Source of the DNA: a virus
Lineage: Duplodnaviria; Caudoviricetes
Direction: 5' to 3' (one strand)
Length of the DNA: 60,297 bases
IMG/VR virus record: IMGVR_UViG_3300025875_000025
Location: 1 to 60,297 of that record
Positions 27,916 to 38,376 of this stretch are shown here, piece by piece; position 1 is the first letter of the stretch, and each line of letters opens with the position of its first letter. The notes beneath the pieces were generated by a model that saw only the letters and a program-made list of their open reading frames with translations, did no database searches and was not told the origin of the DNA. Made by a program: the position numbers and the translations under genes.

Positions 27916-30900
27916 TCAGTTGTTCGCCGAGGTGGCGGGGCGCAGCACGCCGCGCGGGATGGCGTTCACATGCGGGTTGGTGCTGAGCAGCGCCTTCGAG
28001 ATGTTCTTCGGCGGGATGCCGATGAAGGCGTCGTAGAGAGCCCTGGCGTTCGGGGCGCCGTAGTCAACAAGGCTGGAAAGGGCCGCTACGGCATACTGGC
28101 CATAGTCCCAATCGTCCTTCGTCCAGCCCGTCCCATTGCTGTACCCTGTGGCGACGGTGCGGTCCTTCAGGGACTGCCAGGTGGTCAGGCGCTGCCCGCC
28201 CGCGGCGGTCTTTTGGACGACGTTGTAGGCGGCGATGTCGCGCGGATTGAAGGCGGAGTTCAGCGCTCCCCTCCACCAGTTAAACGCGAAGGTATCCAAG
28301 AACTCCTTCGCCTCGGGGTGGCCCAGCCGCGCGGCGCGGATGTACTGGTAGGCGCAGAACGATTGCTGCCACGGAGCAAACTTCTCCAGGACGTCGCCGC
28401 GATCGTAAGACGCTTCGATGCGGCCATAGGCTTCTCCCTGCAAGGTTTTCCAGCCGGGGATTTGATCGCGCAGCCACTTCCAATTGGCGTCACTGACAGC
28501 GCGGTGCTGGGCCTGCTCCGGAGAACCGTCGATGGAAAGGAGAGCGGCTCCGTCGATCTCGCGCATGCCCCAGGCGATGCCGCGTGCCTGGTTGGCGTCG
28601 TACCGGCCATCACAGATGATCAGGCCACCCGCTCGCCGGCCAGGGACCACGAACAGCACGCCGCCAGCAGCCCATGCCATCTGCTCGTCATAGAAGGAGC
28701 GCCGGCCGGTCAGGAGTGCCTGGATGTAGGCCGGGTCCTGCTCGTGCGACACATCCCACGTCCAGCCGATCAGAGATGCATCGGGGCGCTTGGGAAGAAG
28801 ATCGTCAATGCCCTTTGACGCGAACTCCGGAACCCGCGCATCCACCCAACTGTTGCGGCTGGCATCCCAGAACTTGTTGCCAACGTTCATGGAATTCTCA
28901 GCCTGACCGAGCGCATATTCCTCGGCCCGGCGGTCGCCTGAAGTAAGCCAGCAGGCGACGCCATGGGTCCAGGGCCCGACGTTCTCGGCGCCGCCCGTTC
29001 CCGGCATGAAATACTTCAGGCCGCGCTCACCGAACGCCTTCGGCCAGTCCGCATGATTAACGCGGCTGGCAATCCCATCCCAGACGCTCTGCGCGAGGGT
29101 GATGTCCGTCTCGGGACGCAGCGGGATCATCGAGGTATCGGCGATGTAGTCGATATCGTACTCAGGGCGGCGCAGCGGCTTGCTCAGCAGGAGGGTGGTG
29201 CCCTTCACGCCACGCTGGCGGCTCCATGCCTGATAGTTGTAGTGCTTGGGCACGGAGAGGTTCAGCGCCTGCACGCCGTTGATGGTCAGGGTGGCGGTGT
29301 AGGCGGCCAGGACAACGGTGCCGCCCATCTTGTCGTTGCTGAACTTCGTCTCGACCCAGGTGGTGCCGTCGGCGTAGAGATCCACGTCCGCGAGCAGCCG
29401 CATCATGTTCGAGCCCACGGCGGTGCTGGGCACGTCCCGCGTCACCCGGACGCTCCGGACCTGATCGTTCGACATCCACACGTCCGTGGAGGCAACCGCC
29501 GCCGCCTTGAGGTCGAGCGTCCAGGCCGTGCCCCCGGAGGTCGGCGTGACCACGAGGCTGATGGCCGGCAGCGCGCTCATGGACAGGTCGGTGTAGGTGT
29601 CCGGCGAGTTGTCGATCGCGAGCTGGGCCACGGTCGTGGCGTTGGCCGCGAGGGCGGAGGGGATGCGGACGGAATGCAGCACCCACCGCGCGCTGTTGCC
29701 GGCGTGCTTGTTCATCACCCGCGTACGGACCTTGCGTTCCACGTTGCCGGGGAAGATGGCCTTGAGCGCCGAGCCGGCCGGGAAGTCGTTGCGGCGATAG
29801 GAGCCGCCCCAGAACACGACCGTATCCGCGGCCAGGCCATCGGCCCCGCCGTCGAACTTGCGCGAGGGGAGCGTCGGGGTGCTCCCACCGATGATCAGCG
29901 CGGAGGCCGAAGCCCAGCCCTCACCCTCGACCGGCTCATAAACCGGCGGCTCCCCACCCGTGGATCCCCCCGTCCCGCCACCCGTCGAGCCACCTGCGGG
30001 CGGATTGAGCCCCGAGAGGTTCGACTGAATGCCGATCTCCTTGAGCAGGTAATCGGTTGCGGCCAGCCCTTTCAGGCCGGGGGCGTGGAAGATTTTCGAT
30101 GTCATGCCGCGGAAGATGCTGGCCATGTTGCCGGGATCGGTGCGGTTGAACGCCTTGCCGATCGTGATGCGGCCCGCACGGTTGAACGGGAACGGCCAGT
30201 TGAACTCAGCGCCGACCGCCGAGCCGGAGGCCGTGGTCACGCGGAGCTGCGCCTTCGGAAGGGCATCCCCGACCGGCGGCTTGATCTCCAGCGCGATGCA
30301 CATCAGCGTGTCGAAGCTGTAGTTCACGCCACCGAGGGACGACACGACGGTTGAGCCGACCGGAGGGGGCGAGGAAACGTAGATACCGCGCCCGGCACCC
30401 TGCGTGCTCTGGTTGTCCCAGTGGGTGGCGATGCCCCAGGAGCGAGGAGTGGAAACGCCCGCATAGGCCGACTGATCAACCGCGTCGGTCCAGTTGAAGA
30501 TGTGGCCGTGAGCCCCGACCGGCTGGTTCACGCGCGCCAGGAAGGCGATCGTGTGACCCGTCTCGGCCGAGGGCATCAGGATCACGTCATCGCCCGTGCT
30601 GAGCGAGGCCGAGCTGGTGCCGGGGAAGTTCAGGGCATCCTTGCCCCCAAAAAGGGAAGTCGCCTTGAACAGTTGCGGCGCGAGGGATTCCGTCTCCTGC
30701 ATGAAGTTCATCCCGCCGCCGACCTGATTGAACAGGCCGGTCACGCGACCGCCGGAAGCCACGTCCGTGGGCGTGTAGAGGTTGCCGGTATAGGCCGCGC
30801 GGGAGCGCGACACGCCGGCCAGCAGGGACGGGCTGAGCAGTGCCACCCCGCTTTCCGCGGCGGTGACGGCGACGTTGCCGGAAATGGTGACCAGCTTGTT

Positions 30901-31704
30901 GCTCGTCGTGTCGTCCGCGTCCGAGACCCCCCAGGGGATCTCAGTGCCGGCGGAGTGCGCCGTCGCACCGACCACAAGCTGGGTCTTCTCGGCGTTGAAC
31001 ACGAGGCGGCCATCGCCCGTCAGGCTACGCGTGGCACCGGCCGGCACCGCCGAGAGGTAGATGACGGGCGTGCCGGGCGCCGTCCCGGAGGGGAAGGAGG
31101 GCGAGGAAGGCGTGTAGGTGATGGCCGGCAGCGCCGCAGCTGCGGCGGGCTCCGCGACGGTGAAGGGGTCCGTCTCGTCCAGCTTCTCGCCGCCCGTCTC
31201 CGCTGTGTAGACCGCGGCCCGGTAGATGCCGGCGGCCTGCGGCGTCATGGTGTAGACGCCAGGCGCCACGCGCTGCACGCGCACACCCTCCAGCGTCCCG
31301 GCCTGCTCCAGGCAGGTCCAGACGGTCGAGATGGCCGAGAACGCCACGGTGAAGGAGCCAGCCACGCCCCGCGTCGCGGCCGAGCCGAGGATGCTGGCGG
31401 TCGGGGTGGCGCCGCCCGCGGCCTGGAGAGCCGCCAAAGCAAGTTGGATGGGCCCCAACTTAGCCTCGATGGCCGCCTCCCGCGCCGCAGCTTCTTCGGC
31501 CAGTGCAGCGGCCACGGCCTGATGGGTTGCGAAGTCCAGGGCTTCGGTCGCCTGCTGAACGGCCTGCTGCGTCTCCGCGCTGATCTCCGCACGGAGCTTG
31601 GCGACGGGCAGCAGCTTGGTGCCGTTCTGATTGATGACGATTCCCGCGTCCGCGCTCGTCGTCGCGGCCGGAAGGTCTTTCACATAGGTCGGGGTGGCAG
31701 CCAT
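27916..31704 (-). CDS. Large tail/appendage protein with putative polysaccharide-lyase-like C-terminal domain
   Basis: 1262 aa; Ig/LamG-like middle; G/S/T linker; MPGTGG..VGP, WDVSH, QARGIAW. Confidence 0.6.
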   Translation of the reverse strand: MAATPTYVKDLPAATTSADAGIVINQNGTKLLPVAKLRAEISAETQQAVQQATEALDFATHQAVAAALAEEAAAREAAIEAKLGPIQLALAALQAAGGATPTASILGSAATRGVAGSFTVAFSAISTVWTCLEQAGTLEGVRVQRVAPGVYTMTPQAAGIYRAAVYTAETGGEKLDETDPFTVAEPAAAAALPAITYTPSSPSFPSGTAPGTPVIYLSAVPAGATRSLTGDGRLVFNAEKTQLVVGATAHSAGTEIPWGVSDADDTTSNKLVTISGNVAVTAAESGVALLSPSLLAGVSRSRAAYTGNLYTPTDVASGGRVTGLFNQVGGGMNFMQETESLAPQLFKATSLFGGKDALNFPGTSSASLSTGDDVILMPSAETGHTIAFLARVNQPVGAHGHIFNWTDAVDQSAYAGVSTPRSWGIATHWDNQSTQGAGRGIYVSSPPPVGSTVVSSLGGVNYSFDTLMCIALEIKPPVGDALPKAQLRVTTASGSAVGAEFNWPFPFNRAGRITIGKAFNRTDPGNMASIFRGMTSKIFHAPGLKGLAATDYLLKEIGIQSNLSGLNPPAGGSTGGGTGGSTGGEPPVYEPVEGEGWASASALIIGGSTPTLPSRKFDGGADGLAADTVVFWGGSYRRNDFPAGSALKAIFPGNVERKVRTRVMNKHAGNSARWVLHSVRIPSALAANATTVAQLAIDNSPDTYTDLSMSALPAISLVVTPTSGGTAWTLDLKAAAVASTDVWMSNDQVRSVRVTRDVPSTAVGSNMMRLLADVDLYADGTTWVETKFSNDKMGGTVVLAAYTATLTINGVQALNLSVPKHYNYQAWSRQRGVKGTTLLLSKPLRRPEYDIDYIADTSMIPLRPETDITLAQSVWDGIASRVNHADWPKAFGERGLKYFMPGTGGAENVGPWTHGVACWLTSGDRRAEEYALGQAENSMNVGNKFWDASRNSWVDARVPEFASKGIDDLLPKRPDASLIGWTWDVSHEQDPAYIQALLTGRRSFYDEQMAWAAGGVLFVVPGRRAGGLIICDGRYDANQARGIAWGMREIDGAALLSIDGSPEQAQHRAVSDANWKWLRDQIPGWKTLQGEAYGRIEASYDRGDVLEKFAPWQQSFCAYQYIRAARLGHPEAKEFLDTFAFNWWRGALNSAFNPRDIAAYNVVQKTAAGGQRLTTWQSLKDRTVATGYSNGTGWTKDDWDYGQYAVAALSSLVDYGAPNARALYDAFIGIPPKNISKALLSTNPHVNAIPRGVLRPATSANN

Positions 31705-31706
31705 GG

Positions 31707-31874
31707 TCAGGCGTCCTTCTCGGCGGGCGGAGGGGGCGGAACAGGGTCGAACAGGAGGGCGCCTTCCGGCACCGCAGCGGCGGCGGCCTGGGCTTTCTCA
31801 ATTCGGGCGAGGCGTTCGATGATTTCGGCGTTCTGCTCGACAAAGGTGACGAGCAACTGCTTCTCAGTGGGCAT
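31707..31874 (-). CDS. Hypothetical protein
   Basis: 55 aa ORF filling the operon gap. Confidence 0.55.
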   Translation of the reverse strand: MPTEKQLLVTFVEQNAEIIERLARIEKAQAAAAAVPEGALLFDPVPPPPPAEKDA

Positions 31875-31892
31875 GGGGCGGTTCCTTCGGTT

Positions 31893-32426
31893 TCAGCCGC
31901 CGCCCGCGTTGCTGCCGCTTTCGGCCGCAGGCGCGTCAGTCAGGTCAGCGACAAGGGGGGCGCCGTCTTCGAGGGCGAGGTAACTGCCGTCTTCGAGGGT
32001 CAGGGCGTTGGCAACGATCTCGTCCACGACCTCGGCCGGAATGCCCGTGACAGGCCGCCAGCCGGTGCCGGGAACCCAGACCTCCAGAACCGGAGGCGAG
32101 GTGTCGGTGTTGAGGTGCAGAACCGGCCGGGTCGGTGCCTCGGGCCGCTCCGCCGTGGGGCCGACGGTGAGCCCGGCCCCGGCGTTGGTTAGATATTCCG
32201 CGACCGCCTGTTGTGCGGCCGCGGCCGCTGCGGGATTGACGACTGCCGGCAGCGCCGCCTGCACGGCCGTATCGACCGCTGTTCCGACGGCGCCGCTGAG
32301 GCCGGTTGCGACTAGATTATCAACAAGGGCCGGCAACTCGTCCTTGCCGGCCTTGGCGTCGAAGGCGGCGTTGAGTTGCGCCGCGCCGACCACCTGATTG
32401 GGGGCGAAAGGCTGTGGATCGGCCAT
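31893..32426 (-). CDS. Tail appendage protein
   Basis: N-terminal FAPNQVVGAAQLNAAF resembles the tailspike N-terminus. Confidence 0.6.
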   Translation of the reverse strand: MADPQPFAPNQVVGAAQLNAAFDAKAGKDELPALVDNLVATGLSGAVGTAVDTAVQAALPAVVNPAAAAAAQQAVAEYLTNAGAGLTVGPTAERPEAPTRPVLHLNTDTSPPVLEVWVPGTGWRPVTGIPAEVVDEIVANALTLEDGSYLALEDGAPLVADLTDAPAAESGSNAGGG

Positions 32427-32589
32427 GCGGGGGCACTCCGGAAAGCCGGTCGAAACGGGCGGATTGTTGCTGGCGCGGAGGCGCGGTCGCGGGTTAGGCT
32501 CGCGGGATGCAAATCTTCGCCGCGCTGACCGTCATCTTCTTCTTTGGCGTCGGCCTAGGTGCCGTCGCCTGGTTCATGGACCAGCGGCG

Positions 32590-34701
32590 TTAATCCACCG
32601 CCAGCCCAGAAACGACGCCGACACCCTGGAGCGCGGGACGCATCCTGGAGCGGTAGAGTTCGGCCTGTGCCCGATCCATCAACAGCCGGTTGCGGATCTG
32701 GCCGACCACTGCGGCGCGGGCGGCCGGGTCCGTGGCGAACAGCCGATTGGCCAGGGCGTCGGAGGTGGCGGGGTTGATGCCCTGGGCACCGCGACGCCAC
32801 GCGTCGGCACCGATGGTCCTCAGCGCCTGCATCGGCTGGCCTGACGTGGCCTGCCAGAGAGCGGTTGCGATCGGCCCCATGGGATCACGGCCCATATCCT
32901 CGCCGGCCGCTTGGATTGCAGCCGTCTGTGAGCCGGCGCGAGGGCTAACGGCACGCTCCACCGCCGTCATCTCAACCTCACGACGCAAGCGGTCGTTCAG
33001 CGCGTTCCGTGCCTGCGGAGCCAAGAGCGCATTGAGGCGGGCCTGCATCTGCCCATCCTCCAGCATCAGCCGGGCAGCACCGCTTGCGCGCCCGGGATCG
33101 CTTACCCGGTCAGCAAAGTCGCGTCCGGCCCCGAGGCGATAGGCATCCTGGACTTCCTGGGGCGCCTGCATCTGCTGGGCCACCACGTCACGGTCGGTGC
33201 GGAGGGCAGTGCGGCCCGCCTCAGTGGCCTCAAGCTGGGCGGATGGCCCGGCCCATGCCGCACGAGCTTGGGCGTAAATCCGCTCCCCAGTGTTTGGGTC
33301 AACGACAACATCGTCCAGCCGGCCAACCAGTGCCTCACGGCGCTGCGTCAGTGCCCGAGCCAGGCCGTTGTTGCCCGCGCGCCGCGCCGCGTCGATCTCG
33401 TCACCAAGGGCCTGCGCGACATGATCCAGATCCTCCATGGTCGGGACACGGGAAAGCTGCCGGCCATTCTCCCCGTTGACGATGAGCCGCTCCGGAGCGC
33501 GCCCGTCCAGCCGGGCAAACTCGGTCGCCTGCCCAAACACGCGATCCGGCAACCGCATTAGGCTTTCTGTGACCTCAGGGTCATCGACGGGACCGAAGGC
33601 ACGGACCCGATCGTAAAGTGGGTCAGCCGCGGCGCTGCGTGCCACCCGCGTGGCCTCGATACGGGTGGCGATATCGGTTCCGCTGCCGCCGCCGAAGGCT
33701 TGGTCGCCAGCAGCCATCAGCCGGTCAGGGCGCCCGAGACGGCGCATCTGCACCATCTGGTCGGCCGTCTCCATGGCCTCGCCCGGGGTGTTAGCCGCCA
33801 CTCGACCCAGGTTGACGGTGTTGCGACCACCCACGTCCACCAGCGCTACGGGGTCGTTGCCAGCCGCCGCCAGCCGGGCGGCCGCGTCGTCCACATCCAC
33901 GCCGCTGCGCCCCATGGCGCGCAGGATCTGACGTTCGGCGGCCACGTTAGCGTCCCGAAGGCCGAGAACATGACCAACCCGGCCCGCCACAGCGCCGCCG
34001 AGACGCACGCCAGCCCCCAGCACACCGCCGGCCACGCCGCCAAGCGCCGCGCCCTGGCCCGCATTCTCCAGCCGCGCGCTCATACCGCCCTGTCCTTCAA
34101 GGAAGCCCGCCGCGCCGCCACCAGCCGCGCCGGAGCCCACGACGCGCGCGGCTGCGCCGACTGCTTGGCCGCCGGGGACGCTGCGGAGTAAGGCGTTGAC
34201 CGGCGCAAGAGCACGAGTGCCGAGAGCCGTCAGGCCGGTGGCACCGGCCGCTGCGCCACCCGCCACAGCCCCACCGACGCCGCCGTAGAGCTGCCCAGCC
34301 GCTCCGAGGTAGGGATGGGCGGCATCGGCAGCCCTGTCGGCCGCGCGCTCAGCGTCCCGGCCGCGCTCATAGGCGGCACCGAAGCCTTCGCCCGTGAACA
34401 GGCCGCCGACACCGGCAATGGCTCCCTTGATCTCGTCATTGGCGCCCAAAGTTACGCCACGGACCACGCCCCGCGCCGCGGCGGACAGCGCGGAGGGAGG
34501 CGGGCCCGGAGGCTCTGGCGGAGGCAAGGGGATGCTGCGGCTGAGCGGCGACGATCCCGAGAGATGCTGGACGATATCCGTGTCCGAGTAGCCCGAGCGC
34601 CGAGCGCCGGCCACGTCGTAGCCCCGCGCGCTGGCCAGATGGTCAGCGATCTCCGCGTCAGTGTATCCAGCAGCCTTGGCGGCCTCGGCGTCGAATGCCA
34701 T
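32590..34701 (-). CDS. DNA ejection (internal virion) protein
   Basis: 703 aa, Ala/Gly-rich; GYTDAEIADHL repeats; Gly-rich hydrophobic segments. Confidence 0.7.
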   Translation of the reverse strand: MAFDAEAAKAAGYTDAEIADHLASARGYDVAGARRSGYSDTDIVQHLSGSSPLSRSIPLPPPEPPGPPPSALSAAARGVVRGVTLGANDEIKGAIAGVGGLFTGEGFGAAYERGRDAERAADRAADAAHPYLGAAGQLYGGVGGAVAGGAAAGATGLTALGTRALAPVNALLRSVPGGQAVGAAARVVGSGAAGGGAAGFLEGQGGMSARLENAGQGAALGGVAGGVLGAGVRLGGAVAGRVGHVLGLRDANVAAERQILRAMGRSGVDVDDAAARLAAAGNDPVALVDVGGRNTVNLGRVAANTPGEAMETADQMVQMRRLGRPDRLMAAGDQAFGGGSGTDIATRIEATRVARSAAADPLYDRVRAFGPVDDPEVTESLMRLPDRVFGQATEFARLDGRAPERLIVNGENGRQLSRVPTMEDLDHVAQALGDEIDAARRAGNNGLARALTQRREALVGRLDDVVVDPNTGERIYAQARAAWAGPSAQLEATEAGRTALRTDRDVVAQQMQAPQEVQDAYRLGAGRDFADRVSDPGRASGAARLMLEDGQMQARLNALLAPQARNALNDRLRREVEMTAVERAVSPRAGSQTAAIQAAGEDMGRDPMGPIATALWQATSGQPMQALRTIGADAWRRGAQGINPATSDALANRLFATDPAARAAVVGQIRNRLLMDRAQAELYRSRMRPALQGVGVVSGLAVD

Positions 34702-34704
34702 GCG

Positions 34705-37185
34705 TCAGGGCCTCTCGAATGCGGAGAGCGGGGGGCGCTCGGCGGAGGTGGCGTCGTTGCCGCGCGGCGTGCTGACTTCGCTTGTCCGCGGGGAGGCATC
34801 GCCACGGGGAACCGCGCGGCCAGCCTGCGTGCGAATGCCCGCAACCGCCGTTTCGCGAAGGCGACGCTTCTGCTCAACGGTCGCGGCGTCATCACCCGGC
34901 ATTGGGAAGTAGGTCTTGGCTTCCTCACGCGCCTCGTTTTCGCCAATGGCCGCGCCGGACTCCAGACGGAGCTTGGCGCGAGCCCATTCGGCGGCTGCGT
35001 TGAGGTAACGCTGTCCCTGCTCGGTGACGAGGAAGTTGCCGACAAACGGCGTTGCCTGGGCAATTCGATCACGGGTGTTCCCGGGGTCGTAGCCCTGACG
35101 AACCATGTCCTCCAGCATTGCCTCGGCGCCCCGCATACGCTCCATGTAGCCTGCCGCCTTGCGCTCAGCCTCGGTCGCGCCCTCAGGGCCGGACTCACGG
35201 CGTGCCTTGTCCTCGGCGGCGCGCGCGGCGCGGTCCGCGGCTTCCTGCTGGCGCTGCGCCGCAGCATCGGCGCGGCGTGCAGCGTCCTGCTGGAGGCGTG
35301 TCGTCTCCTCGTGGCGCCGCTCGGCCAGCGAACGATCCTCGCGGCGGGTCGAATAATCCCGCTCATCCCGCATGCGGCGCTCAATGGCCTCGGCCTGCGC
35401 GGTCAGCGTGTTGGCCGCCGCCGTCGCCTGGGGATTGCCCAGAGCCGCGAGGCGGAGCGCCTTGCTGCGGAGGTCGTCGGCCTGCGCCCGCATCCCGTCC
35501 ATGTTCGGCGCCGCCGCCGCAGGGCGGGTGCCCTCAGCAGCCGGCGTCACCTCAGCCGGCTCGATCCGGCGCGCGGGCGCTTCGGCAGGCTGCGCTGAAA
35601 CCTGCGACTGGCTAAAGGGCACCACCGGCTGCACGGGAGGCAGCAGCGCGTTCTGGCGGGCGCCGCTCGGGGCCACACGCACCGCCGGGGTGATGTCGGG
35701 CAGGTTCTCGCGGGTGATGGTGCCCATGGCCGGCATGGCGTCGGGCGAGGCCACGTCACGGAAGCGGCCCGTCCCCATGGCGCGGTCGATGTTCCGGGCC
35801 TCGGGGCTATCCGCCACGAGGTTGCCGCGCGCTAGGTTATAGGAAATTTCGTTAAGCCGGTCGGCGCTGTTGTCCCCAAGCAGAGCGTTGGGACGGCTTA
35901 GGCCGGCCAGCGGCACGCGGGCTGCCGGGCGCGGGGCCTGGGCCTGCCGCGGGTCGGGCGCCTGGGGAGGAGGCACGGGCAGCGGGGCCTCCGCCGTGAC
36001 GGCCACCTCGGGGATATCAACGGCCGGCGCGGGCTGCGCGGGTGCCTGGCGGGCCGCATAGGAGGCCGTCAGCTCATCCGTCCCATCGGCCGCATAGCCG
36101 CCAAGGCCAGCCTCGGGCGCCGGGGCGTCGGCCCCGAGGACGGCGCGCGTGACGCTCTCCGGGACAACCCCATCGCCCGCCACGTCAGCCGCACCCTCGT
36201 AGCGCGAGGCAGCACCGCCCCCCGCCTCGGCACGGCGCTGGAAGTCGCCCGGCCGGCTGTAGAAGACATGCCCACCGATGCGCTGCCCCTGCCCTTCCGG
36301 CGCCCAGGAGGGCTGCGGGCGGCCAAGGCGGCGCTGAAGATCGGGGTTCAGGAAGTGCGTCGCCCCGCCGGTCGGATCGGGAATGCTGCCGTCCTGAAGG
36401 CCGGCCAGGGTCTGCTGCGCCCGCGCCACCTGCTCCGGCGTAAAGCGCGCCATGCGGGCACGGCCCTCGGCCGACCCATAGGGCTCGAACTGGTTCGGCG
36501 CGGTGACGACCCGATCAAGCGGCTGGCCGGTCAGGCGGGCACGGTTGACCATCACGGCCGCCGCGCCACGGAAGCCGTCCTCGGGCTGGCCGTCCGCCTC
36601 GGCCAGAAGAACACGGGCGGGCGTCTCGGCGGGCGAGAAGCCAGCATCCGCGCGCGGTCCCGTGGAGGCCGGCGTCACGCCCCCTCCCCCGCCGAGAATG
36701 CCCTGAATGGCGGTTTGGTTGGCCTCGGCCGCGCGCTCGGCCGGCGTCAGCGCCATGCGCGCCCGCATGCTGATCACGTCGTGCCCCGGATACTGCTCCG
36801 GCGCCCGACGCAGCAGGCCGCGCTCCTTCTGGTAGGCCACGAACGCCTGATAAGCCGCCGGGCGCGCTTCCTCGGGCATGCCGGCCAGGACGCGGGAGAA
36901 CTGATTAACGCGGTCCTCTTCATCCTTGGTAACAGCCTGCGCCCGCTGCTCGCGCATACCCAGCGCGCCCTGCACCTGGGCGCCGCGCGTGGGATCGATC
37001 GCGAGCATCTGGTCAAGCGCCGCCTCCCGCCGCTGCCCGCCGGCCGCGATCTCGGGGGCCAGGGCCCGCACGTCATCCACCCGCTGCACATCCTGGCGGA
37101 GCGCGCGGTTTTGCAGGATGTCCCGATCCGCGCTCGCGAGATCGAACAGCTTGTTCGGGGCGAGGACGTTGCCGAAGCTGGCCAT
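34705..37185 (-). CDS. Ejection protein with SleB-type cell-wall hydrolase domain
   Basis: LAEADGQ..G..AAAVMVNR...NQFEP...DPTGGATHFLNP...IGGHVFY. Confidence 0.8.
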   Translation of the reverse strand: MASFGNVLAPNKLFDLASADRDILQNRALRQDVQRVDDVRALAPEIAAGGQRREAALDQMLAIDPTRGAQVQGALGMREQRAQAVTKDEEDRVNQFSRVLAGMPEEARPAAYQAFVAYQKERGLLRRAPEQYPGHDVISMRARMALTPAERAAEANQTAIQGILGGGGGVTPASTGPRADAGFSPAETPARVLLAEADGQPEDGFRGAAAVMVNRARLTGQPLDRVVTAPNQFEPYGSAEGRARMARFTPEQVARAQQTLAGLQDGSIPDPTGGATHFLNPDLQRRLGRPQPSWAPEGQGQRIGGHVFYSRPGDFQRRAEAGGGAASRYEGAADVAGDGVVPESVTRAVLGADAPAPEAGLGGYAADGTDELTASYAARQAPAQPAPAVDIPEVAVTAEAPLPVPPPQAPDPRQAQAPRPAARVPLAGLSRPNALLGDNSADRLNEISYNLARGNLVADSPEARNIDRAMGTGRFRDVASPDAMPAMGTITRENLPDITPAVRVAPSGARQNALLPPVQPVVPFSQSQVSAQPAEAPARRIEPAEVTPAAEGTRPAAAAPNMDGMRAQADDLRSKALRLAALGNPQATAAANTLTAQAEAIERRMRDERDYSTRREDRSLAERRHEETTRLQQDAARRADAAAQRQQEAADRAARAAEDKARRESGPEGATEAERKAAGYMERMRGAEAMLEDMVRQGYDPGNTRDRIAQATPFVGNFLVTEQGQRYLNAAAEWARAKLRLESGAAIGENEAREEAKTYFPMPGDDAATVEQKRRLRETAVAGIRTQAGRAVPRGDASPRTSEVSTPRGNDATSAERPPLSAFERP

Positions 37186-37204
37186 GGGCGCTCCTTCGTG
37201 TCGG

Positions 37205-37975
37205 CTAGTAGCGGAGGCCGGACGTGGGATAATTCCCCGTGTCCACCACGTTCTGATTGGCGAAGCCCTGCGCGGGGTAGCCGCCTGCGAAGCCGCCAGC
37301 GGGCGCGTTGTAGGTGTAGTTGGTGCCGTTCACGTCGCTCCCGCCGCCGAACAGGGCGTTGGTCTGGCTGCCATACATCGAGCCGCTGCCGCCGTTGGCG
37401 GCGTAGAGGTTCTTGATGAGCTGCTGGTAGTTCTGGCCTTCCTGGCCGAGGATCTGGGACTGAGCGGTAGCGGCATCGGTTTCGGTCTGGGCGATACCCT
37501 TCCCGGTGCTCTGGCTGGCGCTGGCCTGTCCACCGGCAGCCGTTAGGCCTTGCTGCGACATGCCGATGAGGCGGTTCCAATATTGCCCGAACTGCTGGTT
37601 CGCGAGATTGGTGCCGAGGGTCTGTTCCGCGCGCAGGGTAGCGCCGCTTCGCAGCAGGCCGCGCGCCGCAGCGCCTGTGTCCACGGCCCTCAAGCCTTCG
37701 GAGACACCGAACTGATAGCCGGGATCGGCCTGGAAATCTCCGAAGGCGGCAGTCTGCGCCTCCTTCCCGTTCAGCCCAGCCAGGCTGCCCGTCATCATCA
37801 GGGCGTTCTCGCCCTGCGTGCGCCATGGCGAGAGGTCTTCGCGAGCCTGGGCTTCCGCCTGCTGCTGGGCAGCAATAGCGGCGTCCTGGCCCTTCTTTAC
37901 GGCCTTGGACTGCTGGCTGGACGAGTAGGCGGCGATGCCCGCTGAGGCGACGGCGGCTGCGGCGGCAAACGGCAC
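37205..37975 (-). CDS. P22 gp7-like DNA transfer/pilot protein
   Basis: Ala-rich N-terminus, LSPW, DPGYQF, AAARGLLRSGATL. Confidence 0.75.
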   Translation of the reverse strand: MPFAAAAAVASAGIAAYSSSQQSKAVKKGQDAAIAAQQQAEAQAREDLSPWRTQGENALMMTGSLAGLNGKEAQTAAFGDFQADPGYQFGVSEGLRAVDTGAAARGLLRSGATLRAEQTLGTNLANQQFGQYWNRLIGMSQQGLTAAGGQASASQSTGKGIAQTETDAATAQSQILGQEGQNYQQLIKNLYAANGGSGSMYGSQTNALFGGGSDVNGTNYTYNAPAGGFAGGYPAQGFANQNVVDTGNYPTSGLRY

Positions 37976-37978
37976 TGG

Positions 37979-38353
37979 TCAGCCCTCCATTTGGATTTCG
38001 TGCGCTTCATGCACGAGGTGGTCGTCCTCAACTTCCTCGCCGTCAGCCGCGTCCACGGAGTGGATGCACATCAGGCCGACCGCCGGAGTGAGAGTGAGGA
38101 ACTTGTGCAGGGTGAGCGCCGGAATCTGGATCAGCGCGGGCGCAGTGAAGTCACCCTTCAGCTCTCCATCACACCAAACCCGCACGCTGCCGCTTATCAG
38201 GGCGGTCATGTGAGAATGGCGGTGACTATGCTGCGGCAAGATCGTGCCAGCATCGGGCACCGTGTAAGCCTTCACGAAGCATCCGCCGTAGACGCTGACG
38301 GCTTCAACGATTGGCTGATTTTCGGCGCGCGTCAGCGTGATTTGTTGCGACAT
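37979..38353 (-). CDS. Cupin-fold protein
   Basis: QHSHRHSHMT..GSV...IPALTLHKF. Confidence 0.75.
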   Translation of the reverse strand: MSQQITLTRAENQPIVEAVSVYGGCFVKAYTVPDAGTILPQHSHRHSHMTALISGSVRVWCDGELKGDFTAPALIQIPALTLHKFLTLTPAVGLMCIHSVDAADGEEVEDDHLVHEAHEIQMEG

Positions 38354-38376
38354 GATGGCCTCGCTAGAATCGATGT

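Noticed and set aside
26980-31983. Long + strand ORFs (612, 463, 520 aa) and similar ones opposite other genes
   Set aside because: Antisense shadows of GC-rich genes with no recognisable motifs.
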